Part shown: positions 47,910-61,449 of the stretch, one piece after another | Layout: each line of letters starts with the position of its first letter | Numbering within the stretch: the first letter of the stretch is position 1 | NCBI RefSeq assembly: GCF_028641065.1 | Contig: NC_073387.1 | Location: 35,836,001-35,900,000 of the forward strand | Length of the DNA stretch: 64,000 nucleotides | Direction: 5' to 3' | DNA from: Leucoraja erinacea | Lineage: Eukaryota | Translations under genes and position numbers: made by a program | Notes under the pieces: model-generated | What the model was told of the DNA's origin: nothing | Database searches by the model: none | The model's input: the letters and a program-made list of their open reading frames with translations, nothing else

Positions 47910-49420
47910 GATCATAGAACAGTACAATACAGGAAAAGGCACTTCAGCCCATAATGTCTGTGCCGAACATGATGCCAAGCCAAATTCATCGACATCCCAA
48001 GCAGCATGTTCCAGACATATACCACCCTCTATGAAAAAGCTTGCCCTACACACATCTCCTTTAGAGTTTGCCCCTCTCACCTTAAAGCAATGCCCTCTTG
48101 TATATTTCCACCGAGGGAAAAGGGTTCTAACTGTCTACCACATCCATGTCTCTCATAATTTTATAAACTTTTTATCAGGTCACCCCTCAAACTCTGGCAT
48201 TCCAGAGTAAATAATCCAGGTCTGTCCAACCTCTCCTTACAATACCTTCTAATCCTGGCATCATTCTTGTAAGCCTTGTTTGCACCCTTTCCAAAGCCTC
48301 CACCTCCTTCCTGTATTGGGGTTACCAGAGCTGCTCACAATACTCCAATGCTGCATTAACAAAGTCCCATAAACCATGACTTCCTGACTTATACTTCAAT
48401 GCTTCGATCAATGAAGGCAAGCATACCATATGCCTTCCTTACTATATCCACATGTGCTGCCACTTGAAGGGAGCTATGGATTTAGACCCCAAGATCTCTC
48501 TGTACATCACTGCTGTTAAGGGTTATGTCATTAATCACATATTTTCACCTTAGGTTCAACCTCCTAAAGTACAACATTCACGCTTGCTGAGATTAAACTC
48601 CATCTGCCATTTCTCCGCCTATTTCTCCAGTTGATGTGTATTTCACCGTACACTTTGACATCCTTCCTCGCAATCTGGCGCTCCAGAAATCTTGGTGTCC
48701 CCTGAAAATTTACCAACCAACCCATCCACATTTACATCCAAGTCATTTATATATATATATATATATATATGTCACAAAACAACACAGGTTGCAGCACAGA
48801 TTCCTCCAGAACTCCATTAATCACAGATCTCTAGCACAGAAACAGGTCCACTGAGTCACACCAACCAGCGATCCCCACACACTTAGACCATCCTACACAC
48901 ACTAGGGACAAATTACAATTATACTAAGCCAATTAACTTATAAACCTGTACGTCTTTGGAGTGTGGGAGGAAGTCGGAGGTCCTGGAAAAAACCCATGCT
49001 GTTCACGGGGAGAACGTACAAAATCCGTACAGACAAGTACCCGTTGTCAGAATCAAACCTGGATTCCTGGCACTGTCAGGCAGTAACTCTACAGCTGCTC
49101 CACCGTGCCCCTCCAGTAGGCCAGTTGTAAATCCATATGACCAAGTCACCGCTAATCCAGTGTATCTTACATCAGACTTCCATGGGAGACTTTATCAAAT
49201 GCCTTGCTAAAATCCATATAGACAACATCCACCCGCATCCATCACCTTTGTCACTTCCTCAAAATGCTTGATCAAGATAGTAAGACATGCCGCATATAAA
49301 GCCATGTTCACAGTCGATAAGTAACCCATTCTCTACCAAATGGCAGTCAATTCTCTCCAGATTAATCCTCTCCAACTGCTTCCCTACCACTGTCGTGAGG
49401 TTCACTGGCCTATAATATCC
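47910..49420 (-). mobile_element. Degenerate CR1 with nested V-SINE (about 48850-49110, minus)
   Basis: CR1 3' UTR at 47910-48100, RT-region remnants (gactttatcaaatgccttgctaaaatccatatagacaacatccac) and a reverse-complement SINE body. Confidence 0.75.
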
Positions 49421-50269
49421 TCGATGTGAGTCACATAACCAGATAAACCACCATATTGCACATATACTCTCACAAGCGTAAGAGAGTTAGATCATTCACA
49501 GCTACAATTGCATCGTAGGAAAGTTTTTTTTAGGATATCTCCTAATCCCCAACCCCGACTTCAGTAAAATAATGTAAATAAGTAAAATAGTTTTTAAACA
49601 CAATCTCTTGAACTTTTCTCATCATTGTTTGTCAAAGCTTTGGCAGGAGGTTCTAAATACGATTTTAGATTATTACATTGTGATAGTAGTTTCAAAAATT
49701 TGATGATAATAAATAGCTAATTCTTTCATTTAAATTTGGTGACATTTCAGTTCTAATGTTAACAATTGCTTAAGATAAGTAACTTAATATATGTTATGAA
49801 TATAAACAATGTGTTTTAAATGCCACCGTTATATCTAAATGTAGACATCTCAATTGAAGAATTTGCCACTGGCCATCACTTAGAGAATAGTATTGTTTCT
49901 TCATTGAAACGGGAAAACTGCAAAACAAGGATGTTTTAAGTTGCAGGGGCAGGGAGAGGTGGATAAAACAAAAGGAACGTTTCTCTCTTTCGAAGACATT
50001 GTCTGTCCTGCTGAATACTGTAAACAATTTGCTTCTGGTGCAGCTCTGCTGTTCACTTACAGAAGACCCTTGAAAAAAAACTTCCTATAATATTTTACTA
50101 TGCTAATAAAAACATAGCCATCCCAAAACAGTAGATATAAGATGATGGATCTAATGTGAAAACCTGTCAATATTACTGATAGAAATATATAAATATCTGA
50201 TACAGTTATGGGAAACGTAATAGGGGGTTGTTTTGCACAAGGAAGACAATTTTAAAATGCTGGAAATGT

Positions 50270-50540
50270 GAAATGTGAGAGTGGGTAAGGTTAAAGGAGA
50301 TTTGCAAGTCAAATCTTTTTTACACCAAAGACAATAGGCTCCTGGAATGCGCTGGGATGGGTGGTAATGGAAGCTGATACAATAGCAATGTTTAAAGGGC
50401 ATTGAGACAGACATATGAACAGGTGGGGAAAAGCAGGATACAGACCATGTGTAGACAGAAGGAATTAGTTTAATTTGGCATCATGGTTGGTGCAGACATA
50501 ATGGACCGAAGGGCCTAATCCTGTGCTAGGTTTCTATGTG
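50270..50540 (+). mobile_element. CR1 3' end fragment
   Basis: cctggaatgcgctg...gatacaatagcaatgtttaaagggcattgagacagacatatg motif. Confidence 0.7.
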
Positions 50541-51569
50541 CCTTTGTAATCCCAATAAATCTGAAAGCCTATGTGGATAATAAAAGGATTTAGATTCCAG
50601 GCATATACATTTTGAGTGTAGATTTTTAAGGGATGATTAATCTTTGCGGAAGGTTATCACCAATTCAATTTGTTATTGACATTAAGATCCACTGATGGCA
50701 AAGAATAGTGGATGCTCTGAACTGCATTTGACCTAGATTATTTAGGAATTTGGCATAAGCATTGCTCCCACAGAAAAATATCAGCATTTCTCTGTCACAA
50801 TAACATTTTATTCTGATGTTATGTAACTGAAAACACATAAGTAATGCACAGTAAGAACATTAGAAATGAGATAACTCACCGAATTTGTGTTAAATATTAC
50901 GAGACAGTGTGTCATTGATTCTCATAATCGGTAGCAATGAACGAGACCTAAGTGACCTACAAACTATTTAATTGTATCATAATATGATACTTATGATGTC
51001 ATAAGATCAAATGATAGTTATTGCACAAGCTTGTGCAAAATTAAATCACATTGGGTTTACTGTGGTAACCTTGCAGGAGAATAGCTATTCACTAAATAAC
51101 TTCAAATTTAAATGTCCTCTTTAAAAATAGTGACCCTTGCAGTAGCTTTATGTAGATCTCCCCTCAGCCAATCAAGTTCTGCCTTGTGAACAAGTGGACA
51201 TTATGAGGTCACACACTATTAGAAGCCGTGTAATGACATCACTATTTAGCTGTGTCACATTGTGACAACATGAATAACCAACAATTCACACATCCTTCCA
51301 AATATCTAGGTACTTTCTATGCTATTCTGACAATCCCTCTCATATCTGCACTGTTTCCTTTTCCAAAAAGATAAAGAAAAGATCACCCCCCCCCCAACCC
51401 TCTTTCCCCGCAGTTAACAAAATCGCAGAAAACACTGCGGATATTAACAGTTGTACCTTACTTAGAACCACATTTTCTCAGCAGTAAGGAATAGAAAGAA
51501 TAGCCAACCTTGACAAAGCTATAAGAATGACAGTGAATGCTTCTCAAGTAACTGTTAAACCATTTAACC

Positions 51570-52523
51570 TGGTGCTCAGAAAACAATCTGGCTCTGAACA
51601 CCAGGAAAACAAAAGAGCTCATTGTCGACTTCAGGAGGTACAGCACCGACTTAGTCCCCCTACATATCAACGGCGAGTGTGTGGAGAGGGTCAACACCTT
51701 CCGGTTTCTCGGCGTCCTTATCTCTGCTGATATCTCCTGGACAGACAACACGACAGCGGTCATCAAGAAGGCTCAGCAGCGGCTGCACTTCCTGAGGGTT
51801 CTCAGGAAGCACAACCTGGACTCTAACCTGCTGCTGACCTTCTACCGCTCGTCCATCGAGAGCCTGCTGACATACTGCATTACAGCATGGTACGGCAGCT
51901 GCACCATGGCAGACAGGGAGAGGCTTCAGAGGGTAACTAGGACAGCACAGAAGATCATTGGTTGCCCTCTCCCCTCCCTGATGGATATTTACACCTCCCG
52001 CTGCCTTAGCAGGGCAAAGAATATCATCAAGGACAGCTCCCATCCTGCGTTTGGACTGTTCGACCTGCTGCCCTCTGGAAGGTGCTATAGGTGCATCAAA
52101 TCTAGGACAAATAGACTCAGGAATAGTTGTTTTCCGAAAGTCATAACTACTCTTAATTCACACATGCACTGACTTCACAGCCCAACACCCGGGCTTCCAT
52201 CTATTCTATCCACGTACTGATATTTGGAACTGTAATGTGTATTGTAACTGTAATTTTTAATATTTTTTAAAAACATTTTTAATATTTAATATAATCTTTA
52301 AACATCTGCCTAAGAATACTACCTATTCATCCTTCACCATTTTGCCTTTCTAGATATGTATATAGCGCCGCAGAATTGTGCACCTATCCCCCCCCCTTTT
52401 GTTTTGTTTTCTGTTTCTTGTTTTTTGTACTAAATTATATGTATGCACTGAGTACGAGCAGCTTTTAATCTCATTGTACATGTATAGTGACAATAAATGG
52501 CATATCTATATCTATATCTATCT
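51570..52523 (+). mobile_element. Rex1/Babar-type LINE, 5' truncated, open C-terminal frame (RT C-terminus plus DUF1891-like region)
   Basis: WCSENNLALNTRKTKELIVDFRR...FRFLGV.IS..SW..NT..VIKKAQQRLHFLRVLRK...SIESLLTYCITAWYG; 3' aataaatggc(atatct)n tail. Confidence 0.9.
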
Positions 52524-52699
52524 GTGCGCTAATGTCAATATTTTCAATAAATTTTGAAAACAAAACTCACAGTGCAAATAATCATTAGCAAATGGGAGAC
52601 ACTGATTTTAATGATGAGCTTTGAATTGGATGGTGATAACTTCCATAAAATGATGAAAGACCAGAGAACAATCCTTCATGTATGAAAACACGAGCCTTA

Positions 52700-52924
52700 A
52701 GGGCCTGTCCCAGTTTCTCGACCTAAGTCTCAGCCTTTTTTACTCGTGGACATTTTTCATCATGCTAGAAAATCGCCCAGACCTACTTGATGCCACTAGT
52801 ACCTACGACTAGCATCACGACCTGCTACGACCTACTTACGACCTCCTACGCACTTGTGCCGACCATGCTGCAAGTATGAGTCAAGTGCAAATGCGACAGA
52901 GGTCGTTGATGTGGGACAGGCCCT
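52700..52924. mobile_element. PIF/Harbinger-type MITE, TTA TSD
   Basis: TTA|AGGGCCTGTCCCA...TGGGACAGGCCCT|TTA. Confidence 0.88.
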
Positions 52925-52931
52925 TTAGCTG

Positions 52932-53030
52932 GAGATAGACACAAAATGCTGGAGTAACTCAGCAGGACAAGCAGCATCTCTGAATAAGAGGAATGGGTGA
53001 CGTTTCGGGTCAAGACCCTTCTTCAGACTT
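52932..53030 (-). mobile_element. PLE pseudo-LTR fragment with hammerhead-like motif
   Basis: Minus strand agt-CTGAAGA-a-gggtc(tt)gaccc-GAAA-CG-TC-acc. Confidence 0.8.
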
Positions 53031-53399
53031 GATCTATATATTTTAAAAGAGTAAAGTCTCTTAAAAAAAACATGAAGGTGACTAGGCTGGGTCTTGAGAG
53101 AAAATAGCGCAAGTAAAAAATAACAGGAGAACAAGCCATCACATAAAAATAGTCTTAAACATGATTAGATTGATTGTGTGTGCTGTAAAAATGTTTTCAT
53201 ATTTTGAGTGTAATAATATTTCCTTTCTGTTGCTAACATGTGGCTCCATAAAGAGCAGTATCTGAATATAATGTGCCTGCTGACCCATTCATCTGTTGAT
53301 TTATTTTAAGCTTCAGGCCTTGATGAGCTATTTCCAGTAATCCTTGGCACTGTTGGAAGCAGACTGTATAATCTAATTTTATTTGGTTTTGGTCAAGCA

Positions 53400-54372
53400 G
53401 GAGAAGCCATCTTGGGGAACGGCTGCTAACCAGCAGCCGTCCGTTTAATTCACTTTTTTTTTTGTAGTTCTAGTGAGTCCTGTGTTTTGTTTGTGGGAGA
53501 AATAGACTTTTTAATGTGGGGGGAAGGGGGTAACTATATTTCTAGGTCTCTACCTGGTCGGTGAGGCAGCTTTTTCTCCGGGCTGCCCCGTCGACCCGTC
53601 CTCGTGGCCTACCAGCGGGCGTGGAGCGCCGTTTCCTGGCGGTGACCACCCAGCACCTCGGCTTCGGTGGTGGCACAGCGCTGGAGCACTATCACGGAGC
53701 GGAGCGGGCGATGCCTTGCCTGGGTCGCCGCGCTGGATCGACGCGCTGGAGCTCCGGTGTGCTGTGACCGCCGAGTTCAACACCTCTGGGCTGCTGGTCT
53801 GCGGAGCGGAGCGGGCGACGCCGACTTCAACATCGGGAGCCTGGGAGCTCCAAACCGGCGCGGCCTTGTCGGCTTCGGAAGCCGCGGTCTCCGGGAAGGA
53901 AGCGGCCGTTCCAGGTGGCCCAGCCGCTGAGAGGACTCTCCCAACGCCGGGGCAACAGCACCCTGCGAGAACGGCCAGGAACATCGGGCCTCCGTAGAGG
54001 CAATAGCGGAGGCCTCAATAGGCCTGACTTTGGGAGAACTGGGGATGGGGACTGGACATTGTGCCTTCCCCCACAGTGGTAACCATTGTGGGGGGATGAT
54101 TTTTGTGTGTAAGTGATTATTTTAGTTTGTGTCCAAGATGGCTGTCGGAAGGAAGAGTGTATGCTGTCGCGGTTTAGCTGCCACTGCTCTCTCTTCACAT
54201 TGTGTTTTTGATTTTTTTGGCTTTGGATCGAATTCGGTCTTTAATTTGTGTACTGGTGATGGGTTTTTTTTTTTACTCCGATTATATGTTTTTTACTCTT
54301 GTTAAATTTTGTAAGGTGTCCTTGAGACTTTTGAAAGGTGCCCACAAATAAAATTTATTAAAATTTATTATT
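53400..54372 (+). mobile_element. CpG-rich non-autonomous retroposon with L2-type 3' tail
   Basis: Ends tgtaaggtgtccttgag...gaaaggtgcccacaaataaaatttatta, resembling fish L2 3' ends. The GC-rich body has no recognisable protein. Confidence 0.6.
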
Positions 54373-55588
54373 GTATGGATTTCGACATGTTTTCTCCCCT
54401 CACAGCCATATATAGATGTTCAATTATATTTCCAGGACTGTAGTTCTTCCAAGCAACTCCATGTTTTTTTGGATACAGTACCTGATATTTCACTTGGGCA
54501 GCTTGAAACCCAGTGGTATGAATATTGATAGTCACAAAAAGTTGGAGTAACTCAGCAGGACAGGGAATATTGATATATTTAACTTCAAGTAATCCTTGCA
54601 TCCCCTCTCTCTCCTTCCTTCCCCCACCCTCATCATCGTATTAGTTTCACTTGAGTTTTGCTTGTTTAAAGCACAGAATTGTAATTGTTATTATGTATAT
54701 CATATCAGTGACGTATTCTTGATGGTGTTCTCAGATTCACATCATCCTGCATATAAAGATGGATTTCTAGTAAAGCTTTTGTTTAATACCCTTAGTGAAC
54801 ACTAGGGGGAAATAACGTTACAGAAACTGATACTAAATCAAATACTTTACTTAGCCATGGTCGTTTAAGTTAGTGTAACCCTTGAAGACCTGAATGACCT
54901 TTCTTTTGTCTTTCATTTTATATTTTTTGGAAAGGGATAAATTAGCAAACTAATTCACGGAACCAATTCACAAAGGGTCGTTAGATATTGTAAAAAAAAG
55001 CAAGTTCTTGATGATATTGGCTTTTTAATTTTAAGCTATTTTAAACCGTAAAAATCCTATTATGTTTCAATAACGTGTTTGCTTTTGAATAGAAACAATT
55101 TCCTTGAGGATCTGGATCAATGAGCTATAAAGAGAGAATAAATAGACTTAGATTAGTTTCCGCAGCAAAACAAAGGTGCAAGAAATGAATCACGATATTG
55201 AAGTAATAAGGTAATTATTAAGTAATAAGTGGAAGCTTGCAATTTGCTTTTGAATTAATTCCTTGCAAAATTGGGAAGCCACAAGCTTAAAAGAATTTGA
55301 CATGCCCCCTTTTGTTAGCATTGTCAGCCTGTGACACAAGCTGTTGCTAAGAGGAATGGACTCAGAAGTAATAGTTTGGAATGAAGACATTGAAAGTAGG
55401 GCAAGATGGTGATTGATAGATTGAGGTTTTCACGAACTAGTATTGCCTGGTGTATTGTTCCACTAAGTACATTGGGTCTTAACAGTCTGGAAGACTTTCA
55501 TTAATTCCACATGGTGAAGAATTGACACATTTCCGCCCACTTGCCATCTGAAAAATCAAACAGTTGCCAGAGCAACATCGCCTTTAAA

Positions 55589-55880
55589 GTTTAGACTCTA
55601 CAGAGTGGAAACAGGCCCTTTGGCCCACCAAGTCCAATCTGACCAGCAATTGCATTATAAAATAAAACTATTCCACACGAGGGAAAATTTACAATTTTAC
55701 TAAAGCCAAGTAACCTACAAACCTGTTTATCTTTGGAGTGTGGGAGGAAACCGGAGCACCCAGAGAAAACCCACACAGTCATAGGGAGAACGTAAAACTC
55801 CATACAGACAGCACCTGTAGTCAGGATCAAACCTAGATGTCTGTCAGTGTAAGGCAGCAACTCAACCGCTGTGCCACCTT
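55589..55880 (-). mobile_element. V-SINE (HE1-like)
   Basis: Reverse complement of 41316-41628. Confidence 0.85.
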
Positions 55881-56762
55881 GCCACTCTAAATCCACCCGT
55901 TGGAATTACTGATTATTTATGGATATTATTTATCATATATAATTATAATTATTTATGGATATACAGTTTGGTACAAGGATAAAAGTTGCAGAGAAGATCG
56001 AGTAGCTCTCCAGTTTGTAATGAACGGTTCTGGTGCTGTTAACATAATTTATGTGAATCTTCTTTCTTTTAACTGCTTGTCTGGAATGATTTAATATCTT
56101 TGTCCTACAGAGAGTGACACAGAGGTTGTGGGATAAAAAGCTGTTGATGCTGTTTCATTGTGGGTGGACTGATTAGATAACTAGTGAATGGGAATGTCAT
56201 AAGTTGGGCATGATTGTCATCACAAATGGTATACAAATCTTATCCTGGGTTGCTCATTTTGTAATGTCCCATATAGTATTTAATTTATTGAATGTAGCAG
56301 TGGTTATCTTTTTAAGCAGAATGCTACTTAATGGGAAATGGCTTGGTGATTTTTTGGGATAGTGACTTTAATTCTGATGCCATCCATGTTCATGAAATAA
56401 GTCCTTTAAATGGTATTACCATTTTATATAAATTAGGGGTTTTCTTTAAATTTTATTTCACTAAATTTACTTGTTTGGCCTCATCACCAATCCTCGATTT
56501 GTGGAGTGAATTATGCCATATGTACCTGATGTAAACATGCAGGTGTGGTAGATGTAAGAGCTGCATTTGTTCTAATAGCTATGATTCTCCATATTCTTTG
56601 CATTAAACATTGTTGGAAAAAGGGCCATGCATTTTTTTTGCATACATTAAAAAAACTGGGAATGCGGTTACGAAGAATGGACTTCCTAAAGGACTATAAA
56701 TGTTTCAGGCTTGAATACGGGCAATGTTGATCGCAGCAACGTTTGAGGCATTTGCACAGTTA

Positions 56763-57379
56763 TGGGCCTGTCCCACTTAGGCAATATTTTCGGCGACTGC
56801 CGCGACTGTCATAGTCGTAGCAGGTCGCAGAAAAAACGGCGACTGGGACCCCCTACGACAATGTCTATGACAATGTCTACAACAACCTACCTCCCAGTCG
56901 ACGTCAAGCTATGGCAAGCTACATTACCACTATGACCCATTCGTACATCCACCTATGACCACACCTATGACAACCTACGTCCACCCGCGACATGCTACAA
57001 CAAGGTAAGACAATTCAGTCGCCGGTACCTATCGCCGGTTGACATAGGTTGACGTAGGTAGTCGCCAATGGAATTCACCAAATGGAGTCAGCACCGGCGA
57101 CAACCTATGTCATTTTGGCGACAACCTACGTTGTCCTGGCGACAACCTACATCATCCTGGCGACAGCACCTACCTCAGGCTACGATCGTTGGCGTTAAGC
57201 CCATAGGCGCCGACTCTCGCCGAAAGGTTTTGAACATTTCAAAATCCAGCATCGACCAGAAAAAAGGTACGACTCTTTGGGCGACTGTGGAACCCATAAA
57301 GGCGACACATCGACGACTATGTGGTGACAGCCTAGTCGCCTGTAGTCACCTAAAAAATCCCCCAAGTGGGACAGGGGCA
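56763..57379. mobile_element. PIF/Harbinger-type MITE, TTA TSD
   Basis: TTA|TGGGCCTGTCCCACTTAGG...CCCAAGTGGGACAGGGGCA|TTA, with internal (cgacaacctac)-like repeats. Confidence 0.88.
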
Positions 57380-58259
57380 TTACTGAGCCAACATTAACGG
57401 CTCCAAGCAAGCATGGGCATGAGAGTAATTCCGCAGCAGAAATTAACAATTGCTTTAGAGGCGTTTGGGTGAGAACAGAGTGGAATGAGACATGCATGAT
57501 GTGGCCAATAATGTCACTTCGGCTGTGGGTATACCAGAATGAGGAGGCACAAGGGGGTCACACTAGAAAACTATGTGTGCTTGATATTACGAGTGAGATG
57601 CTGTGGCCAGGGAACTACAAAGATTGTGTAAAAGATGGGGTCGTCTTGCACATTCAGTTTAGGATGGGACAGCATCAGGTAGGCGAGCCTTCCATTCAAT
57701 CACCAGATACAATTTTATTTTAATGTGGCAATTTCATGGCTTGTTTCATGGCTTTTACTGAGTAGACTTTTTCTTTTAATTTCAGATGTATTCAATTAGA
57801 TGAATTTAAATTGCCCATCTACCATATGGGATTAAAATTTACATCCAAAATCAGTTTTCCAAAACTCTGGTGGCCAATCCAGTGACTTAACTACTTTGCT
57901 GTTGTGCCCATGTGCTGTATTCATATCCAAAGTAAATTATCTGGTTAAAAGTAGATAAAATTTAAAATCTGTGTTTTTTTCTGAATCCAAGAAGTTGATT
58001 GAGTGGACATTGCAGACCTGCAGAGCCCATTATCATGAATCACAGTCAGAACTGTCAATTTTACTTTGGAGTCACGTGAGTGACTACGTGAAGAACCCGC
58101 TCAGCACGCATGCGCGGCATTAACGCCAGCAGTGCAACAGCGGCTGCAACGGGAGTTAGGCGCTCCCGCTACAGAATGAAACGGACCGTCAGGTGAGTAC
58201 CCTGAGGTCGGGTTTCTATTACAGGGGAGCCTTTTTCTGCTTGTGTTTTACAGGCAGAG

Positions 58260-58890
58260 AAAAAGGCTCTGGAACAAAACTGTCCCCCGTTCGAGGAGGA
58301 ACGTTTTCCGTCGGGGAGGGGGGCAGCAACAGGCGGTAGGAGCATTTACCCGATATTCCGCTATTCCCCGACACCGTGCCGAGCCCAGCCCGCTAGTACC
58401 TGAGCAGCGGGCTGGATGCATAGCCACCCGAAGAGGCATCCGGCAGGTGTTCCCGAATTCGGACGGGACGTCTCTCCACCCGCATGGGGGGGAGAGAGAG
58501 CCGCCTGAGCCGCTGGAGCGGCTCTCGGAGCAGGTGCCTGCGAGACGCGCTGCTTGAGGGGCGCTCTCGCTTCTACAAGGCACAAAAGCTCTAGAAGAAC
58601 CTGTCCCCCGCTCGACTCCAGCGGAGGAGCGTTCCATTGCAGCGGGGGCAGCAATAGGCGGTAGGAACAATTACCGGGCGCTCCGCTATCCCCATCACCG
58701 CGCCGAGCCCAGTCCCGCTAGTGCCTGAGCTGCGGGCTGGATGTTTAGCCATCCGAAGAGGCATCCGGCCGGTGGCTTCCGACTTGTCGGAGGGGACGTC
58801 TCTCCACCCGCATGGGAGAGAGACAGCCGCCTGAGCCGCTGGAGCGGCTCCTGGAGCAGGAGCTCCTGCGAGACACGCTACGTGAGGGGC
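58260..58890 (+). repeat. Diverged tandem duplication (about 320-bp unit x2) in the DIRS gag/ORF1 region
   Basis: 58260-58560 aligns by eye with 58583-58890 (ctgtcccccg, gccgagcccag, gggacgtctctccacccgcatggg, gccgcctgagccgctggagcggctc). Confidence 0.85.
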
Positions 58891-61449
58891 AGTCTCGCTG
58901 GAGGGTTCAGGCATACCCTCCACAGTGCCTAGGCACTGCCCATCGCTTCCTCCTTAGTGTGGTTAGCTTTGGGGTGACCAGTGGCTGGGCTGGTCATGAA
59001 GAGGGGTCATTGGCTGAACAACATCGGGAGTATGCTTGAGGTACAGGATCAGGAAGAGCTGCTGGGTGTGGCCGCTATGTGGCTCCACCACTAGCGAGAT
59101 GGCTTTTCAGTCTCAACTGATGGCCAGCTTACTACCTGTCTTTTCCAAAAAACCTCTCCAAGACAGGTAGCCATGAGGCGTTGGTTTTATCACGCCTCCC
59201 CTAAATTGCATTTACTCAAAGTGCCCGCCATTATTGGGGGATACATTGAGCAGCGCATTTTACCTAAATATTTAAAAAACGCATTTGATACCCTGACGTC
59301 GGCTATCATGTCCACCTGCTCATTCCAGAAGGGCAGGGTAGTATGGCAAAACACCTGACCCTACTGTTCAACGGTATACCCCATAACTTCTCAAGTGAAG
59401 TCACAGACCTGCCCTCAATCTATGAAATGAACAGGACTATGAGAACGCCGACCTCACAAGCACAGATCCTGCTACCTGGCACTTACCAAACCAGTCCTAA
59501 AAAATTGAATGAAGTGTTCAAACTATTCGGCTCAAGAGGGCAGAGTCTGGAATGAGCACCACACTAAACCAGACAGCAGTACCTATACGCGTCCACCAGG
59601 TGCGTCTACCTCATGGTACTGGTGAAAGCTCGGGGCCTGCATGCCAAACCCGTAGCATTTTAGGCCACGGCCCAGAGCAGGCCCCAGGAAAATGCGCCAC
59701 CCCCCCCCAACAAACATCGTCCCTACAAGAACAAGGAACCAGAAACCGAAGAAAACAACAATGAAGACAGATAAGTATGGTTCCTACCATCACATAAAGG
59801 TGAAGGGTTGTACTAACAAGGGGTGGGTGAATCACGCCTGGTTAGGAAGCTATCACTCTTGGTAGTTATATACCAAAAAATAAATACAAGGGGAATAGAA
59901 TTAATATCTTGCCACCAATTCAGCAAGCACCCCAAGGGGTCTACCCTCCCACGATGGTGAATGTCGCACCATCATTGATAAACCATTTGAGTATTTCACC
60001 AGGTATACCCATTTATGGGATTTGTAACTTCTACCATGGATCCAAGGATACTTTATGGTAGACATCGACCTTGAAGATGCATACTATTCAGTACCTTCTC
60101 ATATAAGTTTCGGTTATACAGCAATTACCTGGATGGAGTAACCATGATGAGGTTGCGGCATTTAAGTCAAAGCTATCCAGAATCAACCAGCCCTGACACT
60201 TAAGAAACATTCCGTCATGGCATGTTTATATATTAACGACAGACTATCCTTGGATACAGCTTTAGCTGCATTAGCTACTAACTTATTTAGTGGGCACTGC
60301 CATATATCCAGATATTTACGTTGACCATCCACAACATTGTCTATCTGGTATTCATTAAGACTATCAGTTATGGTACATTAACCACCAATCAACTACGTGG
60401 CAAAGTAATTGGGATAATAGCAGCATTACCAGCTACTGAACATTGTACCTTTCCTATGAGCTGAGATACTAGTGTTCAAAACTATCTCCATACCTGTAAT
60501 ATGTGGGCAAATGAATTAATCTGGAGTGTTATCATGGAATTTATCAGCAGGAAGGATTATGGTTGTACACTTCGACCTGTTTTGAGTAACATCTTATGTG
60601 TCCTGATGTGTTACTGAGCTTGTAAAACTTAATGCCAATGTGAATTGACTTAAACGTGTTATATATTAACTTACTTAATTCTAGTGAAGCATTTGCTCAG
60701 TAATCGACCAAATTTGCAGGTTCATTTATAAGTTAACAACATCACAGTGGTGGCATATACCAAACCACTTGGGCGGGGAACATCGATATTAGGTGACAAT
60801 TTATTAACAATTGGAAACCATATGTCATCAAACATGTTTGACCATCAGTAACTCACCTATCAGGTGAGCTAAATACTGTAAACATACATTTAAACCAAAA
60901 ATATTTGCTGAAATTACTAAGCAATATGGACACCAGATATCGATTCCTTATATCCAATTAAATCACCACGTACTAACTCACGTCACATGAAACCAATCTC
61001 AAGGCAGCGGCAATGGAGACATTCCCGCGTATTGAGGGGTGGGGGGAACCTAATCTCTATGTTTTCCTTTCCTTCTACCTCTTCAATAGGTACTACGGTT
61101 TCATCAGTCGGGTACTATGCAAATTACAGTGGACCAAGTCCACAGGCATGGTTCCCAGTGATCCTCGACATGGTCATTAAAAGAATTGCAGAATTGGGTA
61201 GACCGCTGCTAGGCTTGGATCAGCAGCACTATCAACCTGATGACAGCATTCCGTCGCATATCCTAGGGAACATACCTGAGGAACATCAAGAAATGGGACA
61301 CTGTTTTCCAAAACAGGAATTACACATTGAACTACAACAAAAAACTGTACTGGAGCTCCTGGCAGGTCTTCACCACAATGAAGGAAATGTTCTGTCAGCC
61401 TACTCAACTTGGGTACCGCTCACTGGTGATCAGATACAGGAGAGGTATA

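Noticed and set aside
51681-52172. ORF resembling the ALKBH8 N-terminal/DUF1891 domain
   Set aside because: It is the C-terminus of a Rex1-type LINE ORF with a retroposon tail, not a host gene.
53550-54198. Cluster of GC-rich ORFs that could be a CpG-island first exon
   Set aside because: It lies within a retroposon with an L2-type tail, and stop-poor GC-rich DNA explains the ORFs.
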